DNA of 64,000 bases from Lama glama. Its lineage: Eukaryota. Position numbers and translations under genes: made by a program. The notes below the pieces were generated by a model. That model searched no databases and was not told the origin of the DNA. It worked only from the letters and a program-made list of their open reading frames with translations. The DNA lies in the NCBI GenBank assembly GCA_028534125.1, contig CM052817.1, positions 25,980,001-26,044,000 of the forward strand, in the 5' to 3' direction. Shown piece by piece: positions 13,181 through 27,177 of this stretch (position 1 is the stretch's first letter; each line of letters opens with the position of its first letter).

Positions 13181-14321
13181 CCGGAGTTGGTGGCTTCCTC
13201 CCCACAGTTCAGCGATCCTCACCTGTATGTGTGGAATGTGACGGGCAACAGACTGTTGCACCGAGTGGAAGGAGTGAGGCTGAAAACACGGCCAGCTCAG
13301 TGCACGGATTTGGTCAGCATCAAAAGACAGCTTGAGATGTTGGCAAGAATGAAAGTCACCCACTACAGGTTTGCTCTGGACTGGCCTTCAATCTTTCCCA
13401 CTGGCAAACTGTCCACAGTGAACCGACAGGCTTTGAGGTACTACAGGTGTATTGTCAGTGAGGGGCTGAAGCTCAACATCTCCTCCATGGTCACGTTGTA
13501 CTATCCGACCCACGCCCACCTAGGCCTCCCCGCGCCTCTGCTGCACAGCGGCGGGTGGCTGAACCGGTCCACCGCCCAGGCCTTCCAGGACTACGCAGAC
13601 CTGTGCTTCCAGGAGCTGGGGGACCTGGTGAAGCTCTGGATCACCATCAACGAGCCTAACCGGCTGAGTGACATCTACAACCGCACAAGTAACGACACCT
13701 ACTGGGCAGCCCACAACCTGCTGATCGCCCACGCCCGGGTCTGGCACCTCTACGACCGGCAGTACAGGCCTGCGCAGCACGGGGCCGTTTCGCTGTCTCT
13801 GCACTCGGACTGGGCCGAACCCGCCAATCCCTACGCCGACTCGCACTGGAGGGCGGCCGAGCGCTTCCTCCAGTTTGAAATCGCCTGGTTCGCAGAACCC
13901 CTCAAGACCGGGGACTACCCGTTGGCCATGAGGGAGTACATCGCCTTCAAGAACAGGCAAGGGCTCTCGCGCTCCACGCTGCCTCAGTTCACCGAGGAGG
14001 AGAGGAAGCTGGTCAAGGGCACTGCCGACTTCTACGCCCTGAACCACTTCACCACCAGGTTCGTGATGCATAAGCGCCAGAACGGCAGCAGCTACGACGC
14101 GGACAGGGACATCCAGTTCCTGCAGGACATTACCTGCCTGAGCTCCCCTACCCGCCTGGCCGTGATGCCCTGGGGAGAGCGCAAGGTGCTGAGGTGGATC
14201 CGGAAGAACTATGGAGACGTGGATGTTTACATCACAGCCAGTGGCATCGACGACCAGTCCCTGGAAAATGATGAACTCCGAAAATACTACTTAGAGAAAT
14301 ACATTCAGGAGGCTTTGAAAG
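13181..14321 (+). CDS. KLB: Beta-klotho exon 4 (KL2 domain)
   Basis: cag|CCGGAG...AAAG|gtgagt, 1141 bp open frame; [23 protein letters not shown]. Confidence 0.97.
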
Positions 14322-15172
14322 GTGAGTTTCTAGGGGCATTTCAGACACAGTGGAGTACGACATTCCTAGTTAATATTAAAAGAATGAGGGGAACAGGTTC
14401 ATTAGTGACAGTGTCACTTCACCATGGAAAATTTGACAGGTATAGAAAAGTATTTTAAAAACACCTGAAATCTCACTCCCCCCACAAAAGCACCCAGACT
14501 TCTGCTGGCTAGACATCTTTAATACAATTGAGCTTACACTATAATAGTCTTGTAGCCAACTTTTGTCTTAACATCACATTATAAATGTGTACCATGTTAT
14601 TAGAAGTTCCTTGTTAACATTAATGGTTGCTTAATATCTCATATGGATATATCTCTGTGTACTTAACCACCCTCTAATGTTTGACATTTAGGTTTTTTAA
14701 CTACTAAAACATAAGTATCATTGTATATAAATCTTTCTCTTCATTTCTAATGACCTCTTTAAGATGGATTGCCCAACATGGAATTATTGGGTCAAATATT
14801 AAAAAATAATAAACACCAGTGTTTGTGAGTGCTTATCTCACATACTCTTCCCAGCACTGGCTATTATCACATTTTTTTAAAATGTGATTTTTAAATGTTC
14901 CATGATCAATTTGTTGAAGCTGCAAAAAGTTCCCAGAAATTTACTCACTTATTTGGCAAATATTCATTGAGCAGCTAATATGGGCAAAAACTATTCTGGA
15001 CACTATATCACCACTGAACAAAATAAAAATTACCATCCTTACGGGGCCTACGGTTTTTTGGGATAAGGGTCAACAAACAAGTGTAAGATATAGTGTGTCA
15101 GAGGTGAAAAGAAGAGCAGCAAAGAGGAAGCCCAAGGGTGGAAGATAGAAGTGGTTACAATTCTAGAGTGGT

Positions 15173-15231
15173 TATACTGTACACCAGAAATTGACACATT
15201 GTAACTGACTATACTTAAAAAAAAAAAAAAA
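15173..15231 (+). mobile_element. Very short L1 3' end with poly(A)
   Basis: TGTACACCAGAAATTGACACATTGTAACTGACTATAC plus poly(A); TSD GAGTGGT 15166-15172/15233-15239. Confidence 0.8.
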
Positions 15232-16097
15232 GGAGTGGTCAGAGAACTTCAAAGATCTGGAGAACTGGGGCAAAAAACAAGGTAGTTACCTAACAAAGGT
15301 GTTCCAGGTGAGAGAAGAGCACATGCAAAAACCCTAAAGTAGGGGCATGCCTGGCCTATTTGAGGATCAGGAAAGATGTCAAAATGGTTAAATCATAAGC
15401 AACGGGGAAAGTAATAGATGATGTCAAGGAAGTAAGGGAAGAGGCAAATCAGGTAGGGCTTAGTAGGCCACTGTAAGAACTATGGCTCTTACTCTGAGAT
15501 AGGAAGGTTCCGAAATGTTTTAAACAGAAGCGTGACATGATCTCACACTTGAAAAGAATTACTCTGGCTGCTCTTTTGTGAATACATTGTAAAGGAGCAA
15601 GAATTCACACAGTGAGAGTTGCACTGGTCTGGGTAAGAAATAATGGTGGATTGGATCAGGTTATTAAGAGTGGAGATGGTGAGTAGTGTCTAGGTTCTGT
15701 CTGCCTTTGAAGGCAGTCAACAGGATTGGACGTGGGTATGAGAGAAGAGTGAAAGATGATTCCAACAGTTTGGCTTGAGTAACTGAAAGGATGAGTGGCC
15801 ATTTACCAGGTTGAGGGAGACTGGTAGCAACAGATTTTTGGAGATGAGTTGTTTGGTGTTCCACTGATTAAGTTTGAGATATTTCTTAGACATCCAATTA
15901 GAGATGCCAAGTAGGCTAGATGCAAAGTTGGCTAACAGATGAGTCTCAGGTTCAGAGGAGAGGTCTAGGGCTGAGATACAAATTTGGGAATCAAGAGCAA
16001 ATGGATGTATTTAAAACAATAAAGCTGGAATGAGAGCCCTAAAACAGCAAGCACAAAGGGGGCTGAGCCCTGGTATACTTCAATATTCAGAGGTTGT

Positions 16098-16190
16098 GGG
16101 GGGTGGGTATAACTCAGTGGTAGAGCACATGCTTAGCATGCACAAAGTCCTGGGTTCAACACCCAGTACCTCTATTAAAAATATATATAT
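16098..16190 (+). mobile_element. tRNA-derived SINE (camelid vic-1-like)
   Basis: A box TAACTCAGTGG, B box GGTTCAACACC, AT-rich tail, degenerate TSD ATATTCAGAGGT/ATATCCAGAAGT. Confidence 0.85.
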
Positions 16191-17033
16191 ATATCCAGAA
16201 GTCAGAGAGATGAGAAACCAATAAAAGGAGCCAGAGATGTAAAAGATAACTAGAGGGTGATGTGCAGTCAAAGGAGGCTATTGTTTTTGGTTATTAAGAT
16301 ACCAGAAGTTACAGCATTTTTATATGGTAACAATCCAGTAGTGAGGGAAAAATACATGAGAAAAGAGAAGGGAAAACAATGGAGCAATGTTCTTGAATAG
16401 GCAAGAAAGAATAAACTTACAGTGTATAAGTGGAGGTCAGCCTCTTCCAGGAGCATGGACAGGTCATCCACGGTGAGAGAGAAGGGAGAATGAGTGCAGA
16501 TGCCAGTATATGGGTAGTTATGATTGTAGGAGACTGACTTTCTAAGTGCTTTAGTTTTTCAGCAAAGTAAGGAGGATGGTCATCACTTCAAATAAGGACA
16601 GAGGTGCTGTAAGTTTGAGGACAGAGAGTAGGTAGGAAAGTGTCAAGTAGGAGAGCTGGGAAACCACGTATGGTTATAGGGCAGCAACAAAAGAGCACAT
16701 CTGAGATTTAGAATCAGGCCAAACAGGCAAGATTTTTCTGCTTTTGACATTGAACAGAAGTAACAGTATCATGTGACTTTCATGGCTCCAATTCTTAAAT
16801 CTGCTTTTCCCTCAGGTGTTTGTTATTTATAAAGTTTTACTTCAAATTTCTTTGTAAACTTACATTACTATACATATTTTCACCTTAAGTAAGATCAACC
16901 ATAAAAGAATGTCAAAAAAACCTTTAATGAAAATCACTTTTTATGAGTTTGTTTCAATGAAAACTAAATTCTTATTCAAATATATTTTATAGTTCATTTG
17001 TGATTTATAATGTTCATTTCTGTTATTTTTCAG

Positions 17034-17422
17034 CATACCTGACTGATAAAGTCAAAATCAAAGGCTATTATGCATTCAAACTGACTGAAGAAAAATCTAG
17101 ACCCAGATTTGGATTCTTCACATCTGATTTCAAAGCTAAATCCTCAATCCAGTTTTACAACAAACTGATCAGCAACAATGGCTTCCTTTCTGGGAACAGT
17201 AGTCCTAGATGCAGTCAGACTCAAAGAAGCACGGAGTGTATCGTCTGCTTGTTTCTCATGCAGAAGAAACCGCTGATATTTTTTGGATGTTGTTTCTTCT
17301 CCACCCTAGTTCTACTTCTATCAGTTACCATTTTTCACAAGCGAGGGAGAAGAAAATTTTGGAAAGCAAAGAACTTACAACACATACCATTAAAGAAAGG
17401 CCACAAGAGAGTTTCCAGTTAA
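17034..17422 (+). CDS. KLB: Beta-klotho exon 5 (end of KL2, TM helix, cytoplasmic tail)
   Basis: cag|[13 protein letters not shown], hydrophobic [21 protein letters not shown], basic tail, stop TAA 17420-17422. Confidence 0.96.
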
Positions 17423-17797
17423 ACTGATCCTCTTTCTGTCTGCATGATGGAAAGTTTAAAAATTCACTCCACTTCCATATACTGGTTAACTTACAGAAGA
17501 TACACCTTTATTGTAGAAAAAAGACAATTTAAGGTATTAGTGATAGCCAAGGTAATGACAATCGACGTCTCTGCTGTGTGGTTCTGATTTTCCCTTAGGT
17601 GTTGACATCAGTGAATTCAGTTCTTGGATCTGAAGATAAAGTCTTTGCCTAGACAGTAAGCTATCAAATTTGCTTCATGGAGTTTGATGAGCTGTTTCCT
17701 ATTATTCTTCCCTAGTTTTCTTCTGAAAACACTAATAGCTACTTATGATAAAAGAAATTGTTTTGAAAAAGTACAACTTTGTTAAGACTCCATTCAT

Positions 17798-17934
17798 GGG
17801 GAGAGTACAGCTTAGTGGTAGAGGGCATGCTAAGCATGCACAAGGTCCTGGTTTCAATCCCCAGCACCTGCATTAAAATAAACGAACAAACCTAATTATC
17901 CCCCCGCCAAGTAACATTAAAAAAAAAAAAAAAA
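17798..17934 (+). mobile_element. tRNA-derived SINE (vic-1-like) in the KLB 3' region
   Basis: CAGCTTAGTGGTAGAG...GGTTTCAATCCCCAGCACC, poly(A) tail. Confidence 0.85.
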
Positions 17935-20900
17935 GGACTACAGAGATTTAAAACTCTTAATACTGGATAGCCAGTAATAAATTGTCACTTCTAACAAGGT
18001 GCTTTCCCCCTTAGGTCAGGGTGGTTCTCAAATGGAAAGAGAAAATAGGGTAAGTAGTGCTTGTCTATAGCCAGTTACAGTACTCTTAAGCACATCGATC
18101 TCCAAGTTTCTAATAGAAATTAAAATAATTAACCATTAATAAACACCTAATTTTGTTGTCTCTCCTTTTATCATTAAAAAAAAACCATTTAATTTCCGTA
18201 ACTCATCATGTAAAGATCAGAGAAATAAGATGAAAGAAAGCTAGACCCAACTGCCTGTGAACACAAGGTAGTCACTCAACCTCACAGTATAGCCACCTCT
18301 TTAGACAAATTGACATTCCTCACTTGAATTTTGTGAGGTGACAAGGTGTAGCATATTTAGTAAAGCTAAACATTTAAAAAAAGATGTAGTTTTATTACCA
18401 AGTTACCAAAGGACCATTTATCCTGTAAGACTTACTCTCTCCCCTAAAATGCTTTACTGTTCTGACACCATAGGCACTTAGGGGCCTCACGAGGTGTAGA
18501 ATGCAGCCGTATGTGGACCTAAAACTGAGACTCTTTGGATGCAATTCAGAAAGCTGATGGTCTGAATGAGTTGGAACTGTTCTTACAATTTCTGAAGCTA
18601 GAATTAAGTAGATTCTTAAATCTGAACTTACAGAGGTTGACTTGCTTGAACTCCGTATGTAAGGTTTGTTCAGTGTTGGAGGAAGAAAACTTGAACGTAA
18701 ATCCATTTATACACATTCTTTCTTTAGGTGAGTCAGTATTTAACTACTCATTGTCCACCCCTCCTGGAATTTACTCAAAGGAAAAATTTTCTTTCCTACA
18801 TAACTGGGATTCTAACTGATAATAATAGCATTAAGTTTCAGAGAGAAATAACACAATTGGTCAATGCAAACAAATGCAAAAGTGACAGGAAATCAATTTG
18901 CTATTTGGCTGGCCAATTCAAATACTAAACAATTCTGCAGATGTGTTTTCGTCTAGTCTCCTTGCCCCTACTTGCACCTCTCCTTCAACCTTAGCAGTTT
19001 TTAGGTTATGCTTTGCAAGGATATTTTTTTCTATTTTTTTCTTTCAGAACTAAGTGGGCCTGAGGCCATACACAAGTACAGTAGCTAGTCATTGTGTTAA
19101 TTTTATGGAATACCAAATGAGAAACTCAACTTTTTAACCATTAACATTCAGGGTTTTGAGAAAAAAATGCATTTTCACTCATAACAGATTTGGAATTAAG
19201 GTTTTGCTTTCTTAATCTTAAATACTTCAATGATTATTTTGTTTACCGTCTTCCCTTTTTGCCACTTGGGAATTATCTTACTAGTTTTTAAGCCATCATC
19301 ATATAAGAATCCCTAGGTAAATATTTAATCCAGCTCATGATCAGTTGTACTATTCTTAGACTCATTTAAAAATCATGAAGGGTCAATTAGAAACTGTTGA
19401 TAGCTTTTGACAGGACAAGAGCTTTAGAATTCAAGCTTTTCTGAGAGTTAGAAGAAAAAAAAATCTTAAAATCTAACTTGTTACTTTGTATACTGTTACA
19501 TTCCTTGTATTCAATTAAACAATCCTGTCTTTCACTAACAAGTCTGACATAGATACATCACAACTATGATGTTCAAAAAGCCTCTGAATAATGAAGTCAG
19601 TACATTGTGACTGAATGTTTAATTTTCAATGTAATTTATTCCAAATAAACTGGTTTATGCTGATTGTTCATATTCAACTAACAATCTGGTCAATTTTAAG
19701 AACTGTGGAATGTAAACGGGTTTAGTTTTTTAACTGGGTTCTGCCAACACTACCTCCCCCATCCTCTGAAACTATGTGCCAATGGGAGGCTTGCTTTCTA
19801 GGTATGTTTTCCCACTACACTATGTGGACTCCTATACCACAAAATTGGAAAACAAAACAAAACCCAAAACACACACATGCTTCTCCATAGCAGACACAGA
19901 AAACATGGAAATCTTCCCTGGGAAGAACAAGTTTCATTTACTACATCCAAGTTATTAAATGTAAATCACTAGCTACAGCCAACCTTCAGTAGTTATCCTG
20001 TGAAGGCCCCATACCAATCCACTTCACTCCTGGAATCATTTACTCCTGCAGCTGCGACTGCTTATACATTGATACTCTTTAACTGTAACACCTCTATCCC
20101 TTTGCTACTTGGAAATTTCTTTCTTAAGCCTCAAATTTAACTTTGAAACTCTGTCAATACCTTCCAAAACATCTAATCTCATTGCCATTACTGAGTCTCC
20201 GTAACTTGAATCTCCCTGGCAACCTGGGCACCATTCACTCAGCAAACAGCTATGTGCCAGGCATTGTTCCAGGTACTTGGAATATCCCAGAAAAGACCAC
20301 ATCTTCATGGCTAGATTCTAGCAAGAAAAAAGCGTACAATCATACAAACTATAAATACTATGTTATAAAAAAGTGGAGTAGGTTAAGTGTATGCTAGGAT
20401 GGGGATAAGGAGTGAGCACAATTAATAGGGTGGACAAAGTAGGCTTCACTGAAAACATTTGTAAACTTAAAAGTTGTCACTCCAAAGGGAAACAACACAC
20501 TTCCAAAAGGATGACAACTTTCAGGCTTTAAGGCAATGGTATTATAAGGTTAACTGAGGTCAATCTAGCCGTAATGTAGTCAGACTGGTTAAGATGGCAA
20601 GTTGAAAGTATGAAAATGTTTCTGGCAACTGCTGAGAACAGATGGGGGAGGTGATCGGTTAAATGGCTATCCCACTAATCCAGGTGAAATATAAATGGTT
20701 TTTGGCTTCATCTTTCATGAATAATTTCAAAACTTTATCCAAGCAGGAATAGTACAGTAAATCCCCATGGCTCAGCTTCAACAACAATGAATTAAAACCC
20801 TAGAATTTCAACGCCTACCCCAAACCTCACCTCACATATTTCAAAGCAAAAGCTTTATTTACCATTTCATCGATTTCTTTAAAAGTTTAACCATCATCAA

Positions 20901-21599
20901 AGCAAAGATTAACTCTTTACTATAAAAAATAACTTCATTCGTTTAAATCAAGATCTTAATAAGATCCATCATATATTCCAAATGGTTTTTATTTTTTCTT
21001 GCTTAATCCTTGATCTTACCTTAAAAGGCAGAGCCTACAGATTTTTCTAATGGATTGGACACATATGTTGAAGAGAAATCAACGTTGAACGTTACGCTTT
21101 GCCTGAGAACTCAAGGCTGGTGTTTCCATCAAATAAAATGGGAAGACTACAGGAAGAGGTTTGGGGGTTACCCTATTAAGATAGTCTAGTATGGTAGCTT
21201 ATCTAAAGCATGACACACGGAATTAAAGAGATTACAGTAAGATTATCAGTTTTGTTTCTTTTTTTAAAAGTATCAAGGACTAAGACACAGGAGTAAACGG
21301 CAAGACTAAGAACCGTGGACCACAGCAACTGTATTATGAATACAAATTAACTCCATCTTCTAATTCTTACTAAGGCTGTATCACTGTTTCACTTCCCAGG
21401 TGCTGTTTCACAAGTTACTGATACACCTGTCACTAGTACCTGTATTCCCCTTGCCTGAAATGCCCTTAATATTTCTTCAAAACCAGACTCTCACTGTCTC
21501 ACTAGAAAAAAACAACTATTTGTTATTGTTCTTAGCACACTAGAACTTACTTAACTGCTTACTGACCAAATAGCTGGAAACAATAATCAGTTTAAGAAA

Positions 21600-21693
21600 A
21601 AGTCCCAATCAACACAGCTTTTATTTATCCTTAAGATATTACAAATGAATCTGAAGAGTCATCTGGCATCTTCCTCTTTCTGTACCCGGACAA
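21600..21693 (-). other. RPL9: RPL9 terminal non-coding exon 8 with poly(A) signal
   Basis: Acceptor tttacag at 21694+; AATAAA on the minus strand at 21620-21625; 3' end approximate. Confidence 0.75.
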
Positions 21694-21947
21694 CTGTAAA
21701 AAGAAATGAAAATGTCTGTAAATCTCCATCAATATTCCTGCCTGGAAAAGTTGTATTCTGAATAAACCTAAAACACACTTTAAGATTATGAATTATTGGT
21801 TCACAGGAAAACATATCAATTCTCTTATTTTGCCAAATTTACAGAATGCAACTCTCCATTTTCTGCCATTACAACTCCAGTTTTAAGTTTTTAAAATCCC
21901 CCTAAAGCAGTAATAAAACTTATAGACACAAGAACCTACCTTAAATA

Positions 21948-22097
<150 letters not shown>

Positions 22098-22274
22098 TCA
22101 TCTAAATAAAGTATTTTATTATATGCTATACTTAAAACCCAAGAATCTTTGGGATAGCTTTTAACTAGAGTCCCCTAGTTTTAAAAACTCACCAAGTGAA
22201 CATATACCACATATTCAACTACAAGATTTAGATAAAATTTTGTAGGTATAATTAGGCACAGTAAACATACAAAC

Positions 22275-22355
22275 CTGAATTTGATACCAGTTCAATGTCG
22301 TTTCCCTCAAGAACTAACTCATCTTTCTGAGCTTGAGATACTGAACAAGCAACAC
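22275..22355 (-). CDS. RPL9: RPL9 exon 6
   Basis: [31 protein letters not shown] sites, 81 bp. Confidence 0.96.
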
Positions 22356-23161
22356 CTACAAGGGAAGAGAGCATTTGCAGTGTCTACATACAGATTTGTA
22401 GAATATTTAATTTAAAAGTATTTAAGTAGCAATTTACTTCACTTAATATTCTACACACCAAATGAAACTTTTAAAAAATAACAGAATCTGACTTACGTGG
22501 GCCAAAATCTTATGTTCCTTCTTGGATGAATCTCTCCAGACTGATTAAAGACTATTATTCAATTAAGGAGTTATAAGATGGTATTCAGCTATTGATTTAG
22601 CTGTACAAAGCTTTGTATCCAGTCCTACTTCAACTGCAAATATTTGGTATCCCTCAAAGCTTATTTTTTTACATAAGGATTAAGTGTTGTTGACCAATGC
22701 TGACAACATGTAATATTCTTCTAGAACTGTGTACTTCCCATCCCTCCCCACTTTAATGGAATCAAAAAGCATTGACAGCACTAATTTTCTAATGTTTCAG
22801 TATTAATTATGTATCAGACAAGAATTATTTTAAGTGTATTTCAATTTTAAGTCATGTAATCATGAGATGTTTCCAGTTGTACCGATCAGTAGAATGAGCT
22901 ACACAGAAGTTATCTGCCCCAGGTTGACAGTGAGAGCTTTGAACCCAGAGTCTATGTCATTAACTACTATTCAAATGGTATTTTATTAGGATTTCAGTTT
23001 ACAAAACTAAACACAGCTAGCTATCACACCTTGCAAACTACCCCAATATGTAAGCCTTCAGGACTCAAAATTGGTATAAATATGATATGAAGCCATAATC
23101 AAATAGATAATTCTGAAATAAATCTGGTTTATTTATAGCAAATTCCAAATATCAGCCTTTA

Positions 23162-23323
<162 letters not shown>

Positions 23324-23399
23324 CTAAGTTAAGCAAATAAACCATGAGCAACGCTGAGAAAATTTTAAGACAAGAAAACAAAAACCAATTTTCTTCTCT

Positions 23400-23759
23400 G
23401 AAAACCAAGTAGTTGTTCTTTTGTAAGAAACATTTACAGTTATCAGTACAGTCTCCCTCTCTACCTGGTAAAGGATGACCAAATCTCTAGACGTTATCAA
23501 CGGAGACTTACTTAAATCTGCATCACAATCGCCTTGTTTACTGTGCTTCCCCATAACTGACTCTCCCCACCTTGCTTTTAGCTGAGGATCTTAAGGTCAA
23601 GTCTTCAGCCATTCTGGCAAGTTATTCAGTTTTCCTGGGTAAATCCCATGTATATACATTATTAAACTGTTTTTCTCCTGTTAATCTGCCGTATGACAAT
23701 TTAATTCTTAGACAGCCAGAAGAACCCTAAAAGGGTAGAAGAAAATTTCTTCTCCAACA
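23400..23759 (+). mobile_element. ERV1-type solo LTR (MER34/MER39-like) in RPL9 intron 4
   Basis: ATTAAACTGTTTTTCTCCTGTTAATCTG...CAGCCAGAAGAACC...AGGGTAGAAGAAAATTTCTTCTCCAACA, ending in CA; 5' boundary approximate. Confidence 0.65.
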
Positions 23760-24371
23760 AAGGAAACCGAAATTGTCCTCACAAAACACTCACTGTCAAG
23801 GTTTTGTAACAGTATTATCTACACCAAGCTCTACAAAAATTGTGTACCTAAAAATGTTTGTCTCCCCAGTCTAAGGAAGCCTGTATTTCACTACCTCCTA
23901 TGCCCACAGTAAACAACTGTATTCCTAAGAAAGGAGAATCCCAAAGCCCTTCATCTTGGGCATTAGGCTAATGTACTGAGTTACTAAGGTATGCAAGAAC
24001 TGAAGAAAAAAGAAAAAGACAGCCCGGCTCTAAAGAAGCTTAACCTGGGGGCAAGGGGAAACATTGAAGGATAAGATTATAATGAAATTAAGTACAAGGT
24101 GCCATTATCAGGTGCGCTCTAGAATGGCAAAATTTTAATGAAAAAAAAAAAAACCATTTCAAAAGTCACAGCATGAACTGTATCTTAAAGGCTGGGGGAG
24201 GCGTGGAGAAAGAATAGTGACCTCAAATGTCTTTAGGGAAATGGACAGGGAGGATCCCTAGAACAGGCCCTAGTGGTGAGAGTCACTTAAACAATCTAAG
24301 TGTTACATTTTCTATTTTAAAAAACACACCCTGAAGACGTGAATCTTATCTGTGTGGATAAAACACCATCA

Positions 24372-24560
<189 letters not shown>

Positions 24561-25057
24561 CTATAGATTCTAATATTTGCCCTAATTAAAGCCCATGATT
24601 TTCAAGGGGGAAAATATCAACTACACATAAAGCCCTCAATACTCAAACATTTTTGTTACTATACATCACAGGTACACACTTTCACAAAGAAATGACAACC
24701 CAGGAACACTGATTTTTGTTTAAGTTGCATCAAACTTCACTTCTGGGAAGCTAAAATACCAGGTTTAAAAGATCTACTGGGATGTCCCTAAGATTCTTAT
24801 AAAACAACCAGGAGAAAAGTAAACTTAACGTGTAACAGTACTAAGACCTGCTACTAATGATGGCTGTAGTACTGAGCATTATACTCTGTTCAGAATTTGG
24901 TTTCCCAATTTCTCGAAAGCAACAACACTGATACTAGCTACAATTCTGGACACCAAATTTTAAGCTAAAACATCGAACCTCAATTCTGTGCATTTTTAAA
25001 GCAGCCAAATCTGATGCTCTTAAATTACAACCTTCCTAACAAGCATCTGAGGTGTCA

Positions 25058-25325
<268 letters not shown>

Positions 25326-25760
25326 TCTGAAACACAAACACCTAGGGTAAGAAGGATGCGCAGGACCTATTTTCGACCAAACTATCCTGCCCGGAACTCC
25401 ACTCCCACCGGAGACCGGCAGGGGGAAAGCCCGGGGAAGATGCGGGAGGACCACCACGGAGAGCGGCCCCGCTGCGCCCTGGCCTGGAAGCAGCAGCTCT
25501 AGGCGGGTATTACGAGCCTAGTGGGCGAACTCCCGTTCACAGCAACCCTACCAACCCGACCTGGCAAGGCTGAGGGGCGGCGGGTAGGCCTGAAAACCCA
25601 GTACAGGGCTCGAACCCCAGCACCGCCAGATTCATATGGCGCTCGCCGCGCGGGGGGACCACCAAGACAGAGTTTCCAAAGGCCAGACCCGCGCCGCTGG
25701 CTGTCCCACAGCCGATGGCTTCAGATTCCTAAAGCCCACCGATTACAGAACCGGCCTCAC

Positions 25761-25787
25761 CTCGCAGTAGATGCGGCAAAGAGAGAG
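25761..25787 (-). other. RPL9: RPL9 non-coding exon 1 with 5' TOP tract
   Basis: Minus strand CTCTCTCTTTGCCGCATCTACTGCGAG|gtgagg; exact TSS inferred. Confidence 0.85.
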
Positions 25788-25999
25788 CGTCTTTCGTCAT
25801 CACGTTCTTGTAGCCTGTATGAGGCCTGCGTATGGCGTCATAAGCACGCGACGCCACTGAGGCCCAAGCAGCCAATCGCGGAGTAGCTCAAGTTCCACTG
25901 GGTCAGTCAGGTTGTCTGTCATAAACCGAGCGACGGTTTGTCCTTCTCTTTTCCCGGGAATTAGTGATTGCTCAGCCCTGTTAGAGAAAAGACAGCAGG

Positions 26000-26044
26000 A
26001 TGTCTCTACGCTGCGGGGGTGCCGTCCGCACCGTGGGCCCCCAG
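26000..26044 (+). CDS. LIAS: Lipoyl synthase exon 1 (mitochondrial presequence)
   Basis: ATG 26000, MSLRCGGAVRTVGPQ|gtgagc. Confidence 0.92.
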
Positions 26045-27004
26045 GTGAGCGGCGGTGCGAGTAGGATGAGGGCGTGGGTGGGAGGGTTCTTGTCCCTTTA
26101 GATCACCCAATAATGCCAGCACTGAGTGTTTACTTGTAGCCAGGTACCGTTCTAAACCTTTTTTTCATGTGGTGTCTCACTTAATTCTTCCGATACTCCC
26201 ATGAAGTAAAATCTCTGGCGTTGTTTTGTCTATAGGTCTCTCTGGCCGGCGCTGAGAGCTTTCTTGCTTTATCAGTGATTTGTACTCTGTATTTACTGAA
26301 GCACTGCAGTGAGCCCTCCAAGTTACTACTTTATGTTGGGCTCTTCCTGTGTACTAGACAACACTGCGGGCGATTAAAACACAAATGTGTGCTCTAGGCT
26401 TGAGGGGGAGACATGGGCAAGTACAGTGACAATCGTGCAGCACCCTAACTGCACTTTTTTTTTTAATTGTTGAAGGTTCTTTTGCGTTACAAGTACTGAC
26501 TCTTGAGTGTTACAGTATTTTGCCTGTCTTGTACATTGTGTATTCAAATCTAGAAGCCGATGTCTTCCTGTAGTCAACAAATACATATTGAATGACTTCC
26601 TTGTTCAAACACAGCATGTAACCTAGAAAATTAAAACGTTAGGTTTGGTTTCCCAAAACTCTTCCATCTTCTCCTGTATTTGCAGTTTGAACTTGAAAGA
26701 CAGACTTTTAGTACCTAAAAGGGTTATATTAAAATGTGACATGTTAGCCAGTTCCAAAGGCTTCCAAATTTATTCTAAATCTAGCAGGAAATGGTTGGCT
26801 CCCATTCTCCTTTAGATTTGGTTTGTTCCCCATAGGTCCTCTTTAATCTTAGATTCTAAGCTCCTACACAGAGCGTGTAAATAGTTTGACATAATTTCCG
26901 AATCCATGCTCTGACTTTACCCTAACTTTTAGTTATGAAGATAGGTTAAGACTAAATAATTCCAAACGCCACTAAATAAATGTCATAATGATCTCTTTCT
27001 TTAG

Positions 27005-27177
27005 GTATTTGGAAGTTATTTACACAGTCCAGTCAGAGCAGTAAGTTCCTTGCCAGATAAAAAAAAGGAATTTTTACAGAATGGACCAGACCTTCAGGAT
27101 TTTGTGTCTGGTGATCTTGCAGACAAGAGCACCTGGGATGACTATAAAGGAAACTTAAAACGCCAGAAAGGAGAAAG
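27005..27177 (+). CDS. LIAS: LIAS exon 2
   Basis: tag|GTATTT...GAAAG|gtaatt; [15 protein letters not shown]. Confidence 0.95.

Larger units (their letters stand above)
14950..16700. mobile_element. Fragmented LINE-2 with nested younger L1 and SINE insertions
   Basis: L2-like motifs (CAAATATTCATTGAGCA, GTAGGCCACTGTAAG, GTTTTAAACAGAAGCGTGACATGATCT, AGGTCTAGGGCTGAGATACAAATTTGGGA); boundaries approximate. Confidence 0.65.
25380..26080. promoter_or_regulatory. CpG island / bidirectional RPL9-LIAS promoter
   Basis: High GC and CpG density between divergent genes; CCAAT 25872-25876, CGTCA half-CRE sites, ATGGCG YY1-like sites. Confidence 0.85.

Noticed and set aside
13520..14071. 183-aa antisense ORF
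   Set aside because: Shadow ORF of the GC3-rich KLB exon 4; no recognisable protein
18395..18819. Overlapping 103-aa and 94-aa ORFs downstream of KLB
   Set aside because: Non-ATG or weak starts, no recognisable motifs; compatible with chance ORFs in 3'UTR or intergenic DNA
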